From Tubiluchus corallicola (lineage: Eukaryota; Animalia; Priapulida): 64,000 nt of DNA. The stretch is taken from positions 620,001 to 684,000 of the forward strand of contig JAQGDQ010000037.1 of NCBI GenBank assembly GCA_030141605.1, written 5' to 3'. How positions within the stretch are numbered: position 1 is the stretch's first letter; the number at the start of each line of letters is the position of its first letter. Positions 38,598 to 60,860 of this stretch are shown one piece after another. Under the pieces are notes generated by a model that saw only the letters and a program-made list of their open reading frames with translations, searched no databases and was not told where the DNA came from. Position numbers and translations under genes: made by a program.

Positions 38598-39345
38598 GTA
38601 CATGAGCTAGCCCAAGTACGATGCATCCGTGCATGGGCTGCCCAAGTAGGACACTAGAGACAGGTCACGAATTGAGTCATTAACCATACTGGCAGCATCC
38701 GTTGTTCTTGTTTATTTAATAATAATAATTGAAAATATCAATACACGTTGAATAATTTGTTATGAATCTGACAGAATAAAAGAATCTTATTTTGAGCTAG
38801 TAGAATGACCAATATTCAATTTGGCTTCGATATTAACCTTTTTGAAGTGAAATAAGCCCACTTTTTCGGTGATTGCAACATTTGCTTAAGGTATATCTTT
38901 TTTTACATTGTCTCGCTTCACAGACAGATAATCTGTTTCACTACCTCTTGGACAAATAATTGTTTTCTACTAAGTAAATGAGTAAGTAGATACTTAGTTT
39001 GATATTATGATGATATTAATGGAGCAAATAATAATAATGATGATATTATTGTAAAAAAATACATTTGTAAATTGTCAAACACTATCCATCATTATTATAA
39101 AGTTACTTTTTTTCTAAAACAAGTAAATTTTTTTCTAAAATCGTTTGCATTTGTATTGCACAACATTGCGCCTATTGTTTGGTTGGCTGTTTCTGCGAGG
39201 CTGACAGTTTCTCTCTCTCTCTGTACAAGTGTGGCATTTAAGTCTATGTAAAAAATTTGATTAACTATCTGATGTTCATCTTAAAAAGAATTTTGGACAT
39301 GAGTAGAAAAGGTTATATTGCCCTTTTTTATATAGTTGTTGAAAC

Positions 39346-42300
39346 ATGACGACTGCTGCTCGCCCCACATTTGAACCTGCTAGAGGAGGACGTGGAAAAG
39401 GAGAAGGTGATCTTAGTGCACTTTCTAAACAATATTCGAGTAGAGATTTGCCAGCTCACACCCGCTTGAAATACAGGTAACTTTAACAACTAGTTGTTTT
39501 GTACATTTCTATTTTTCAGCACCTTACATCTTCAGTAAATAAATAAGTGATCGTCTGGAAATTAACTTTTGGATAGTTTGTTTTTCTCATGACAAGCTGT
39601 CAATTCAGTGTGCTATCTTGGGGAATTATTGTTAATAATTAACTAGGTTCTGGTCCTGCTACAGCCATGTCTATTGAGCTTCTATATTACGTGGGCTCTG
39701 TTTGTGAATGTTGAACTTCTTCTTTCCAATCTCTTGTCTCAGTGTAGATTTCAGTCACTACAAGTTCCGAACTAAGTAGAGTTCACTGTATAACCTTCTC
39801 ATTAAATTTTTATTGTTATATGGGCTATATTCCTATATGCTCACATGTATATCCTTTGTTTTCCTGAGCTATTGTTTATATAGAGGCTAAAATGCTTGAA
39901 AGTTATTTGAAGAAAATATTAGTTGTTGTTATACCTGTAGCTCCAGTTTGGTAGCAATTTTTATATTTTGATTGAGCTTTTTCAGAATCTTTAACACATA
40001 ATTGCTTTATTTTCTAAAGTAACACTGTTCAATTATTAATTGAAAAATTTCATTAACTACCAAAGCAGTATTTGCACCATCCTTTAAAGAGCCATTTTGG
40101 TCATGATTTGCAGCAGCTCTTGAATGCACACAACCCTGGTATCCTTTTAAATGTTTGAGCTAAAGATCCATAACCTTCTTAGCAGTGAGCTGTTGATCAG
40201 AGGGGAATTGGTTTATTAAAATTTGCCAGTCTTTGTCAGTAGCTAGGACTGGGACTTAATGTAGCTTTGTTCTGTTCATTGCTCAAAGAGTCTTTTTTGT
40301 CTTCTAGAGAAACTGGCCAGGCAACACAGGAGGAAGTTCGTGGCCGTGATTTGAGACGTGATTTGGAAGACAGAGAGCGAGCTGTAAAAGATAAGAGAAG
40401 CGGCCGTGAAGCAAAAGGTAATGGATTTGATGATGCGGTTGAATGACTTAACAGAAAATGTTGGTGAACATTATGATTTAGACCTTGTTTTGACCTTTCT
40501 GTCGTGAAGTTCATTATAAGCCCTGGTTAATCTTGTCATCGTCAAGCAGTAGGCAAGGAAGAGCACTAAGCTTCTCTTTAAGTGTAAGCTGGATAACATT
40601 TCAAAACTATCTTCAGTCATTCCTGCGGCTTCCAAGACTGCTGTGTAAGGGAATAGAAATTAACCCAGTATTTAAAAAAACTAACCACTTTCTTTGAGTG
40701 GCAGCTACATGTAGCTTCTTTTACTATGATTATGTATTGATGTGCTCCAAGTACAAGCTTCTTAGCTATTGATTACAATCATTACACATAATAACATTTA
40801 AAAAGTTTTTTTCTTCATGATTTTGAGTTTTATATCTTTAATTCAAGTAAAATGCGCTGGGATCATATTCACATATATTCTAATCATGTTTGTATATGAC
40901 ATGAATGTAAGCATGGCTTTCTATACAAAATTCTGTACTCATTACTACTGTATTAAAATTTAGTCAAAGTTCAATATTGCACCTTTTATTTGACTTTGTA
41001 AAACATGATAAAATTATTACAATGAAGTTGAATGTTATCATTTCTAAGGCTTTGTTAGAAACTAACTGCTAGCATTTCATTTTAAAGATGTGTCATTTGT
41101 TATGTATAGCCCAGCCTTTTTTTAATGAAAGGAAAAAAATAAACCTTTTTTTTCAGATGTAACCAAGCGCCCAAGATTAGATCAAATTCCTGCTGCAAAT
41201 TTGGATGCAGATGATCCAGTTGATACAGGTGTAAGTGGTATTCATTTATAATCTGAAATTGTCTTTATGTGTTTTGAACTTTGTTGCTTTTACGCTGTGT
41301 TTTTGCACTATGCTTATAGTAATTATAATTTTGTTTAGGACGTAGTCCAGGGATTAACACCTTAAGTACCTCAATACTTATTTTCAAGGTAGTCCCGATT
41401 ATTATTACCCACATGTTACTTTGATAAACCCGCGTGCTTGTTCAAGGAACCAGCGGTTCAGTTCTTTAAGTCTTAGATATGACTCGGTCGGGAGTTGGAC
41501 CCTTGACCTCCTGGGTGGGAAACGAATACACTACCTGCTTAGTTACAACAAGGTGTAAGTTACAAATTGCCTTGACAATGAACATTCTAAAACTACATCA
41601 TAATGATCATAATGCATTATTTTCTTTTGTTTTGTTAACAGCAGTATTTAGCACAGATTAAAACAAAGAGGACAATATATATAATTTATATTTCTATAAC
41701 ATTCACTCTGATAACTGAATGTCAAAGAAATTTTGAAAGTAATTTTGGAAATGCAAAATTTTAAAAACGATTTGCAGTTTATCAGCTAATGTTACATGAA
41801 TTATTTTGCACAGGATGTAGATGATGTAGATGAAGATGATGATAGTGAAGATGACACCGCTGAACTTATGGCAGAACTTAATCGAATAAAAAGGGAGAGA
41901 GCAGCAGAACAAGCAAAAAGGGTGAGTTTTGACATATTTTTTTAATAGTGGGAAAAGTTCTTGTAAATGCAGTTATAGAGCCTAAATATACAACTAGGTA
42001 AATTTATACTCCGTGTGCTGCGCTATTGCCCAGTGCACGATTCCATGGACCCCATGCTGCCCTATTTGTTCATGAGAGATCCTTTGGCAGAGTGGTTTGC
42101 TCTAGTTACACAATGCATATATTTGGCGCAGTAAATTTAAATGTCTAGGACTGATTTTAAATCATATCTTTGCAATGAAATCTTTTTGTTGCCTTTTAAG
42201 TGACAATTTATAGTATGCCAATTTATTGTCCTTTCTAGAGTTGAAGTGTTTGTGCATATATTGTTTAAAAGTTTATAATGTTTAAACATTGATGTGTTAA

Positions 42301-44377
42301 GACCGCACCTGTTTATACTTTCTCAGCCAGACAAAAATAGGCATGGTGGTACAGTGGTTTAAATTGAGTATAATGGTTTTAACATTGATGCGTTAAGACC
42401 GCATTTGTTTATACTCTCTCAGCCAGACAAAAATAGGCATGGTGGTAGAGTAGTCTGAATTGAGTTACAGCATTCCTGTGCTACCTCACCAATCGCACTT
42501 AAATTTGCCGGCTATGAGGTGTTTCCAACAATGGACACATTGCTTTGCATCATCTCTGAGAGAGTCACTTGCACGCATTGTTCCAAGGCCATTTCTGGTA
42601 CCTCACCTGCCCATTAAGGCAGTGCCCTTCTAGGGCATTTATAGCCTTTGTCTCAGACCTTCCCAGGGATGTGAAAGGTAACAAGTACCTGCATGTAAAC
42701 CCTACAAGTGAGCATTACAACCATGCCACTTCCTTTTGATGCAGGGATCCTCTTATAAACATATGTTTTTAAATTGGAAACTTCTTGTGGTATGCTAAAT
42801 AAGTTTTTCGTAATTTTCATTTAGCTTAAGCTAGTGGTACAAAGTGTATAAGAATGACTACTTGAAGGGAATAGGTAAATGTACACTTTATTTTTCAAAT
42901 ATCTGTTACTTCAAATATGGTCAAATTTAGCAGATTGTTGTGGTATATATAATGAAAAGATTGTGCTGCCACCTATAAGATAAAAGTCAAATTTTTCACT
43001 CAGAACAATTATGAAAATTTTGCTGTGATATTGACAAACTGACCAAAAGTGTATCTAAGTAAATTTGAAATTATGATTCAAAATATTTTTAAAAGACAAA
43101 TTGAAAAGGAAGTGTTAATTCGTTTTTAATATAGGCAGTACTGTGTGCTGATGATACTTTTCTTAAGCAGTTTTTGTCAGTTGGTAACTATTGTGTTAAT
43201 TTTGTATAGAAGTTTAGCTTAACAATAATAACAATAGCAATTTTTTCAGCATTTTATGTACTGGGAAGTCCATCAATGTGATGTAGGCATTTTGTGCAAA
43301 ATAAATACTACCTTTACAGATATGCCATTAGAATTTTGGGGTGCAATATAATGGTGGTAGTCTACAAATATAATTTCACTTACTTTGGAAAATGTTATTA
43401 AATGCTTCAAGTACTGTTTGTTTAGAAAAAACACTATTATCAGTGTCCCAGCGAAATGCAATAATATAAACAAAGAAATGCCTAACAATTACTGTATGAA
43501 AATAGTCCCATAGTCTATTAGAAGCTAATGGGTGGTTACAAGCTAATTCAGTTTTATTCATTATATTATAGTGCTTTTAAAGAATAAGTATAATGAAATA
43601 TTAGAATTAGTTTTTTACTATGCTTGCACGTAATGTACATTATATACTGTTATGTGAAATGACCAGTTTTATTCCATATGATATTCAATTCTTTGACACT
43701 GCCATACTCACAAAACACTTACGTTAATTTAACCTTTGTTTTTGTGTATAACTCTGATAATAATAAGTTTTACTTTTACTGAAATGCTGTGTCTTGTAGG
43801 AAGTTGAAAAAAGGGCAGAAGAGGAAAGAATTCGAACAGAAACATTTCTCAGTGGAAATCCTCTTCTCAACCAGCAAAAAGGAGATTTTAAAGTGAAACG
43901 AAGGTATGTTGATAAGAGAATGTAAAGAATGCTTAATTTATTATACACCAGATTACATTTTGCAGAAGCACAAACAATCTTGTATTGCAATTTGAAATAG
44001 AGGTGTTTCAATAACAGTGTTGCATAATTATCTTTGAGTTTGTCTTTGGACACAATACATCTAGTATAATTCAGGTCATGCAATATCCAGCGTATTCCAT
44101 TGTAAATGCATTTACATACTTTACTTAGTGTTTTAACAATTACATTAACTGCCACATTTTGTAGATTATTTTCAAAATGTCAAACATATAAACATAGCGT
44201 TCTATGTTCAAGGCTGATCTCTTAACAGTTTTCCGTTTCAATATATATAGGTGGGACGATGATGTGGTATTCAAGAACTGTGCTAAAGGTCTCTCTGAAC
44301 AACCTGAAGGAAAGTTCATCAATGACACTTTACGTTCTGAATTTCATAAAAAGTTTATGGATAAGTACATTAAATAA
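39346..44377 (+). CDS. CWC15: Spliceosome-associated protein CWC15, 217 aa; exons 39346-39476, 40308-40417, 41157-41230, 41814-41921, 43800-43903, 44251-44377
   Basis: [15 protein letters not shown]...[18 protein letters not shown]; [17 protein letters not shown]; GNPLL; [18 protein letters not shown]; [20 protein letters not shown]. All introns GT-AG and in phase. Missed by the ORF track. Confidence 0.96.
41340..41545 (-). mobile_element. Degenerate tRNA-derived SINE (boundaries approximate)
   Basis: - strand A-box-like TAACTAAGCAGGTAG and B-box-like GGGTCCAACTCCC, followed by GAGTCATATCTAAGACTTAAAG; no cloverleaf. Confidence 0.45.
42275..42466. repeat. ~95-bp tandem duplication in a CWC15 intron
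   Basis: Two copies of AACATTGATGYGTTAAGACCGCA..TGTTTATACT.TCTCAGCCAGACAAAAATAGGCATGGTGGTA. Confidence 0.9.
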
Positions 44378-44437
44378 ACTCAAGGCTACTGAATTCTATG
44401 GATAAGTACAGCAAATAAACTCAACGCTGATGAATTC
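44356..44437 (+). repeat. 41-bp tandem duplication spanning the CWC15 stop codon
   Basis: TATGGATAAGTACATTAAATAAACTCAAGGCTACTGAATTC followed by TATGGATAAGTACAGCAAATAAACTCAACGCTGATGAATTC. Confidence 0.9.
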
Positions 44438-44854
44438 TAAGGTTCTGTAAATAATTTTGTGTACACTAATTTAGATTTATGTTTTAATGTGTTACATTTG
44501 TATACCCTGATTGCCATTAGCCAGCGACATATTTTTCCCAGAAAATATTCTTTTATGTGATGACTTCTTTATTTTATTTTTTTTTAATAACAATTGCCGA
44601 AGGATCAACATCATTTTGCAATAATATTTTCTGTTACTGCCAATTTGGCTGGAAACAGTTAGTTGACTAGACATCCTACATTTTAGTAAGGTGTACAAAC
44701 TCAGATTATTGGCACTGCTTGCATTATGGTGGCTGCACACTATATTCTTTCTACGTTTTGTAAATATTCGTGTCTGGCATATTGATTGGAAGGGCAATAT
44801 TCAGTACATCTCTGGCTCTCGAGAGATTCCGATTACTACCAGTGGTGGTTGTTT

Positions 44855-47800
44855 TCATTTCCATATCCTGCAGGTGTTGTCTTTACTACCTGTAATAATA
44901 TGTATGTTACATAATATGTATGTTACATCTTTACTAAAAATTTGGTTGCTTTAAATAATGTGGATTAAACATTTTAAACTTTTTGTCAATTATTTTCATA
45001 ACATTATCCATCTGTAAAATGTAAATTAATTAGCTAATTATAATATGCAAAATTTAGTGTAAATAAAAACTGTTTATTAACAAGATTACACATTTTTCAG
45101 TGCACCTGTAATAATTATGTCTCCTTCATAGTTGAAAGCACAACTGAATATCTCATCGGAATGTCCTTGGAGAACTTGTAAACATGTTCCCGTATCTGGC
45201 TGCCACAACCTTGCTGTCTTATCTGCACTGGCTGTCATAATGCGAGTGCCTTGTGGATTAAAGCAAGCCTGTGGAAAATTTTTTGCCATTTTAAAAGTTG
45301 CCTACGAGTTTACATTATCAAGATAATAATTCCGTACAATAATAATGAAAACTGTCAGTTACATCTCTACCTTGGAAAGTTCTCCTTCATGCCCTTTCAA
45401 TTTGGTGATACATTCATGTGTAGCTACATCATACACTCTCGCTGTACTGTCTGCCGAAGCAGTCACCAAGTATTGTCCAGTAGCATCAAATGATACATCT
45501 AGTACTTCGTCAACATGTCCAAACAGCGTACCAACACACATTCCTGGCATGTAAACAGAAACAGTTGAAAAAGCATTGAGATTCCCCAGTCATTAGACAA
45601 ATCTTGCTTACTTTTCATTTATTACCATTTGTTTGTAGCACTGAAAATTGACATAATAACAATTTATGTCAATCTGGTTGTTATCTGGTTTAAGCACAAA
45701 TAGAGTGGTCATGTATGAAAGGTAGGCAGGGCAGTTATTCACTGGCCTGTCTTGCTTAGCCGATTATTCGGAAATTTCCAGAGAAACTTAAGATTGTTTG
45801 CAGCATTGTTTGTTTATTTACTATAGAAACAGCCACAGTTATTTGTTTATTAACTATACACACGATAATTTACCTTTGATGCCAAACTGCTTGCTTCGAG
45901 GACCTTTAAAACAATAAAAATCTTATGGATATTCTTACTGTTCCAGCTGCATTAAATGGTTATCAGTTAAGGCTACCTAATGCTGTGTCCCAAATCCTAC
46001 AAGTACCATCCATGGATGCACTAGCAATGAGTGAGCAATCGAAGTTAAACTGTACACTGCTCACTTCTGCCCTGTGCCCAATCAACTTGTGGATGTTAAC
46101 ACCACTACGTACGTCCCAGAGACACAGTGTGTGGTCAAATGAACCAGTTATTAATTGGTTTCCTGTTGTATTGAACGACATGGCTATTACTTCAGCTGTA
46201 TGACCCTGTAAAATAATTTAGTTCACTTAAACTTTAGAACTTTAGCAAAACTTTAGAATGTTCAGTTCAATTAACATGACAACTGGCCATTTTAACTCTG
46301 TGTTTCGAAATTTTTACAGACTCATTCTGCCAAATATATACTGCATACAGAAACACTGTATGTTCTGTACGGTCAGATAAAAGGACGCAATAAGCAGTTG
46401 GCAAAAAGTAGTTATATTGATATAAAAAAACACTATATTATTTTTACTTTAAATGTAACTAAATCCTTTCCGGTCTCAACGTCCCATAGTTTTGATCGTG
46501 CATCCATAGAAGCAGTGGCAACTAGTGTACTCTGAGGGTTGAATCCCACGCATACCTGCGATACACATTATAACCTAATACATAAATTATTATTATAACT
46601 TGAATTTAAATAAAAGCATTAACGTTGAAAGACTTATTTATCAAAGCTGCTAGGTAGAGCTGTTTGTGTTTAATGAGATTTTTCAGATCTGCACTCTGAC
46701 TGGAAATCCCCTAGAGAGTTTATTTAACTACCAATCAAAACAAAGGTTAGTCCAACAAGCCTCTAGCTGGATGTTTTTTATAAATAAGCTGCTGCATTTG
46801 CATAATACCTTCATTGCAATAGTAAAATGTTTTATGACACTAACCAGGATGTCCATTACCCAAATATTCATATAGTTATCTCAGTTAAACAGCTTAGCTG
46901 TTAAGGAAACACAATACGTTACAGAAAGTAACACTTTTCCGTGTTACTTTCAGTGACAGAAATAGCAGACAAACTGACATACAATTTCAGCTGAATGTCC
47001 CTTGAGAGTGTGATGACATGTTCCAGTTTCTGCATCCCAAACTCTGCATGTCTTGTCAAAAGCGCCAGTAGCTATTTTGTCACTAAAACAACAGCGAAGC
47101 CAATATTTAGTATGTCAGAATGAGTCGGTTGTTCACATTCATTGCAAGTACAATCAATAAAAAAACAGAAAAAGGTCAATAAGGTCAATTAATTGTACTG
47201 TACAGCACTATTGGTCATGTCCTAAGGGTGTAGCTGGATGGCCTAAAGCAAGTGCAGTGATTAATAAAAACTCAATAACTGACACATATATAATATACAA
47301 TCGATATAAAATACAACTTGCTAATACAAAACAGAATCTTATCCAGGAATCTCTAAAAGAAACTGCAAAGTTTTATTCCTGATATTTTCTATTCAGTCCT
47401 ACTTAGGTTTTTTCTGTCAGGTAGTTTTTTGTCTTTCAGGTGACAAAAGAGTGGATTTTGCATTACAATTTTATTCTAGCCAAAATTATGTGTACTTTAC
47501 TCTATCATAGTCGGTTAATGTAGACCTATTACACTGTAATTGTTAAAAAAAACATACCCGAAAGGATTATTAAAAGTTATTGCATAAACTACATTTTTGT
47601 GTCCACTAAGAGAAACAATTTCACTTCCTGTCGCAGTGTCCCATACTTTACATGTCCTGTCATAGCTGCCGGTAATGAACTTTGAGCCACTTTTGTTGAA
47701 AGCAACATTAGTAAGCGGTAAAGTGTGTGCTCTGAGAACCTGCATAGCAAAAAGCTTTTGAAAGTAAACTAACATCTGGTAATAACAATAACGGTTAACT

Positions 47801-50800
47801 GCAGTAAATAAAAGTATGGGCCTACTAGGCTACAGGGCCATCTTAATAGCATTATAGGCCCAGGATAAGCAGTGCATTTGGGTCCCTACCTACGCAACCA
47901 CTCACAGGAATTAAATTTTTTAAATTTTTTAGTTTAAATTTAAAAATGGTCGGTAAAATTAAACATACACTGTCTATTTATTGTATTGGTATTTCCAACG
48001 AAATCAGTGTCTAAACGTTAAAAAAATAGGCTGGTACAGTAAAGATAAATCAACACAACACTTGAAAAACATAATGAGCCTTGAAAAACACATAGATTAG
48101 TATGGTATACCAATACTGGTGGGCAACTGCCCAGTGTGCCCATGCATTAAGGCGGCCCTGCTAGGCTGGACAAAATGAGCTGGTATTGTGTTTCAGATAT
48201 GTTTTCCAGCACATTTGTCCAAATTTGATGCGCATCTTTACAATTAAATCTCAGCACTATTTAATGTATATGTGCAAATAATTTTTTTTACCAAAATATG
48301 CTGAATTTTCTAAAGTGCCAACTGCCAATTTTCATTTCCATTTATAATATGATAAAATGTGGTTTTATGTCATAAAATTCTGCTTTGTGTTACTTCGGTA
48401 GTATATCGTTGAACCATAGAAAGCAATTCATAAAGTATATAATGTAGTAAAGACATGTACATATGTTTAAAATTCACAACACAAAAAGTTTTCTAGAAGG
48501 GAAGCCACTAAGTGCGAACGAGGTGGAAAAATATGTTATCATGAACCGTTTTTACTCAACATACCTTGAACAGCTGAAACTTATGTGAATTATTCCAATG
48601 TAACTTTTCTTGCAAACCTGAACTTATAATTAAGGATGATAGCATTTTTTTGCCTGATGACTATCATTCCGGAGAGGTTGAGCATTTAAGATGGTAAGAA
48701 TAGTCTGAATAGTGCCTAAAATCTATATCATGATTGGAACACTAATAATAATTATTGAATAATGAATTAAAATAAGTGTTTAGGCAATCAACTATAAACA
48801 TGCCAAAACTATTAATATGTAAACTATCCAAATTTTAAAGTAACTTAGATTCGAAGCAAATGTATTGCATAGGGTTTTGAATTATGAATTTCATTAAAAA
48901 TTAAGTCACGTTAAAATTTGGCTAGTTTATGCAAATTATGCAAACTCCTGAACTATTACAATAGGTAATAAATACTTTACAAAATATTTAATGAATTCCA
49001 AACAAGTACTGGCGATGGTGAAATCAAAAATTTTATATTTTACATTGTAGAAAAAAATTGAATTTACAAACTTTTAATGTGAATTTAACCTGTATTAAAA
49101 ATACATCAGTTGATAAATCGAAGCATCAACTAAATTCATTGACTTAAAAATAAAATGCCAGATGTTATCGACAAGTTAACAATAACTACATTTAAAAAGA
49201 ATACGAAGCAACAGTGGACGAAGTGTTTGAGCTTTACTTGGTGTAATAAGAGGTTCACGTCCAACTAGGTCACTAAGTGTAGCCTCAATGTCACTCCTGC
49301 TAGTCAAATTCAAAATAATTAGTTGCTGTACATTATTAAAACATCACGCAATTATCTCACTCAGAGGCGTCACTTAATTTGCAAATATGAAAAAAATTTT
49401 CATTGTACCACATAATGCCTATAAAATTTCACTTGATTATCTACTCATCTGGAACAAACATGATATACATTTGTTTGACTTAAAAAACATAATAATTAGG
49501 CCTAAAATGTGTACATACTTTACAGAAAAGCTTAAGAGATCAAGCACTTTGTTGTAGATGGCTCCTCTTTGTTCGTACTCCACAATGATTCCTATATAAG
49601 ACAGTGCAAGACAGTAAAATGTCAATTCTCATATGCTCATGGTAATAATTTGTTTTATTAGTTGATGGTGTTTAGTGCAGTAAGCTAGCAATAGAGAGGC
49701 ATGAATCAAAAGTGTCTTAGGGTTGCCAGACATCTCTTATCTATGGGACATACCCCATATTTGATAATTTTGTCCCCTGTCCCCTGTACTGACCTTTCAG
49801 GGACACCGATTTGTTCTGTATTTAGTCCATTTTTTAATTTTGTAAAAAATATCTTTTTACAGTTCTTAGTGGTAATATTGTAACTAATTATACTTTATTT
49901 TCTGAGATTCTCTTGATGAAAATAAACCAAATGTAATGAGGAAGCTAGCTAGTTTTGCTAGAAGTTTACACAAAGTTGACGTGTTTGCTACCTATCTGCA
50001 ACTTGTCCAGTTGCTATGGTTATCGATTTGCTCTGAAGCCTAAATAAATTTTTACTTTATTTTCTGTATTGTTTGTATTAAGTAATAACTTTCAAAATTA
50101 TTTTCCTTTACATTTTTATATTGTCTCTATTGACTAAGAATTTTGCAATGATTTCACCTCAGAATTTCTTTTAGTCATCTATATTGAACGTATTAAACAA
50201 TGATTATATTTCTCTATTGTTATTATTAAAATTAATAAATATCTTCAAATCATTTCACTTCACAATTTTTTTAGCTTGTATTAAATAATTTTCAAATAAT
50301 TTTACTTTTGTTTTCCTCACAACCAATTACAATCTTTGCTTTATGTTTTTAAGTAATGTCTACTTTTACATAATATATTGGTCTGAGTGTGTAGGCTTGT
50401 ATAAATTTATATATATAATTATAGTAATATAGTAGTCTCTGTTGTTTGTATTAAAATTAATAAATATTTTCAAATCATTTCACTTTACAAATTTTTAACA
50501 TGTATTAAATAATTTTCAAATAATTTTATTTTTGCTTTTCTCACAACCAATTACAATCTTTGCTTTACGTTTTTAACTAATGTCTACTTTTACATAATAT
50601 ATTGGTCTGGGTGTGTAGGCTTGTATAAATTTATATATAATTATAGTAATATAGAGAGAGATTTGAAGTGTTCCGTATTTCCAATTTTCTAATTTGGCAA
50701 CCCAAATGTGTCTTAACTATAGAACCACAGAAGAAGTTCACTGTATATAGCTGCTTGAGTGTGACCAGGCATACAGTTTTGAAATAAGTGCTTAACTGCA

Positions 50801-51031
50801 ATGTAGCCAAATGAATTTGGCTGCAACAAACTTTAAATAAGTTTTCCTCAAATTGTCACTTTGTTATGAGATCATCAATGTGTCTGATTTAAATTATTCC
50901 GTCTTATGCATTGCACAATAATTTTGACCTTGTCAGTATTCCATAATTTATAAATATTACAATACTCAGAAATATTTCCTAATATGATTACCAGGAGGAT
51001 AATAACGAAGCAGAAATCTCTTCGCTTTCAT
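44855..51031 (-). CDS. DAW1: Dynein assembly factor with WD repeats 1 (DAW1/WDR69/ODA16), 415 aa; exons 51031-50992, 49591-49519, 49296-49205, 48617-48565, 47739-47558, 47082-46983, 46555-46448, 46205-45977, 45543-45371, 45268-45106, 44889-44855
   Basis: N-terminus [20 protein letters not shown]; [34 protein letters not shown]; successive WD40 repeats; ends [11 protein letters not shown]. The 11 exons total 1248 nt in frame. Confidence 0.95.
47833..48160. mobile_element. hAT-like MITE in a DAW1 intron
   Basis: TIR CAGGGCCATCTTAAT / ATTAAGGCGGCCCTG; TSD CTAGGCTA / CTAGGCTG. Confidence 0.85.
49718..50705. mobile_element. hAT-like non-autonomous element with an internal ~220-bp tandem duplication (about 50211-50432 and 50436-50654)
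   Basis: TIR TAGGGTTGCCA / TGGCAACCCAA; TSD AAGTGTCT / ATGTGTCT. Confidence 0.8.
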
Positions 51032-51341
51032 TTCTTTCCTAAAGGATGATGCTGGATTACCATAAAAGAAATTTTGTGCACAAAATTAATAAGTCAAGCA
51101 TACAGTTTTGAAATAACCGTTTAACTGCAATCTAGTCAAATTATTTTTTAGGCTGCAACAAATTTTAACTAAGTCTTCCTCAAATTTTCACTTTGTTATG
51201 AGATCATAACTGTAATCACAAGTTTCGCAACAAGCAAGCATATAAGTGCGATGAAATATTCTCGTAACTACGTACGCTGTTACTAAGGTGGGTTTTTTCC
51301 GCATATACAGTGCTGCCCTCGCATCGATATTAATTACTAAA
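51032..51341. promoter_or_regulatory. Bidirectional promoter region DAW1/PPP1CB
   Basis: Only 310 nt between the divergent ATGs; CpG-containing stretch 51225-51330; X-box-like GTTACTAAGGTGGG at 51279-51292. Confidence 0.7.
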
Positions 51342-60860
<9,519 letters not shown>

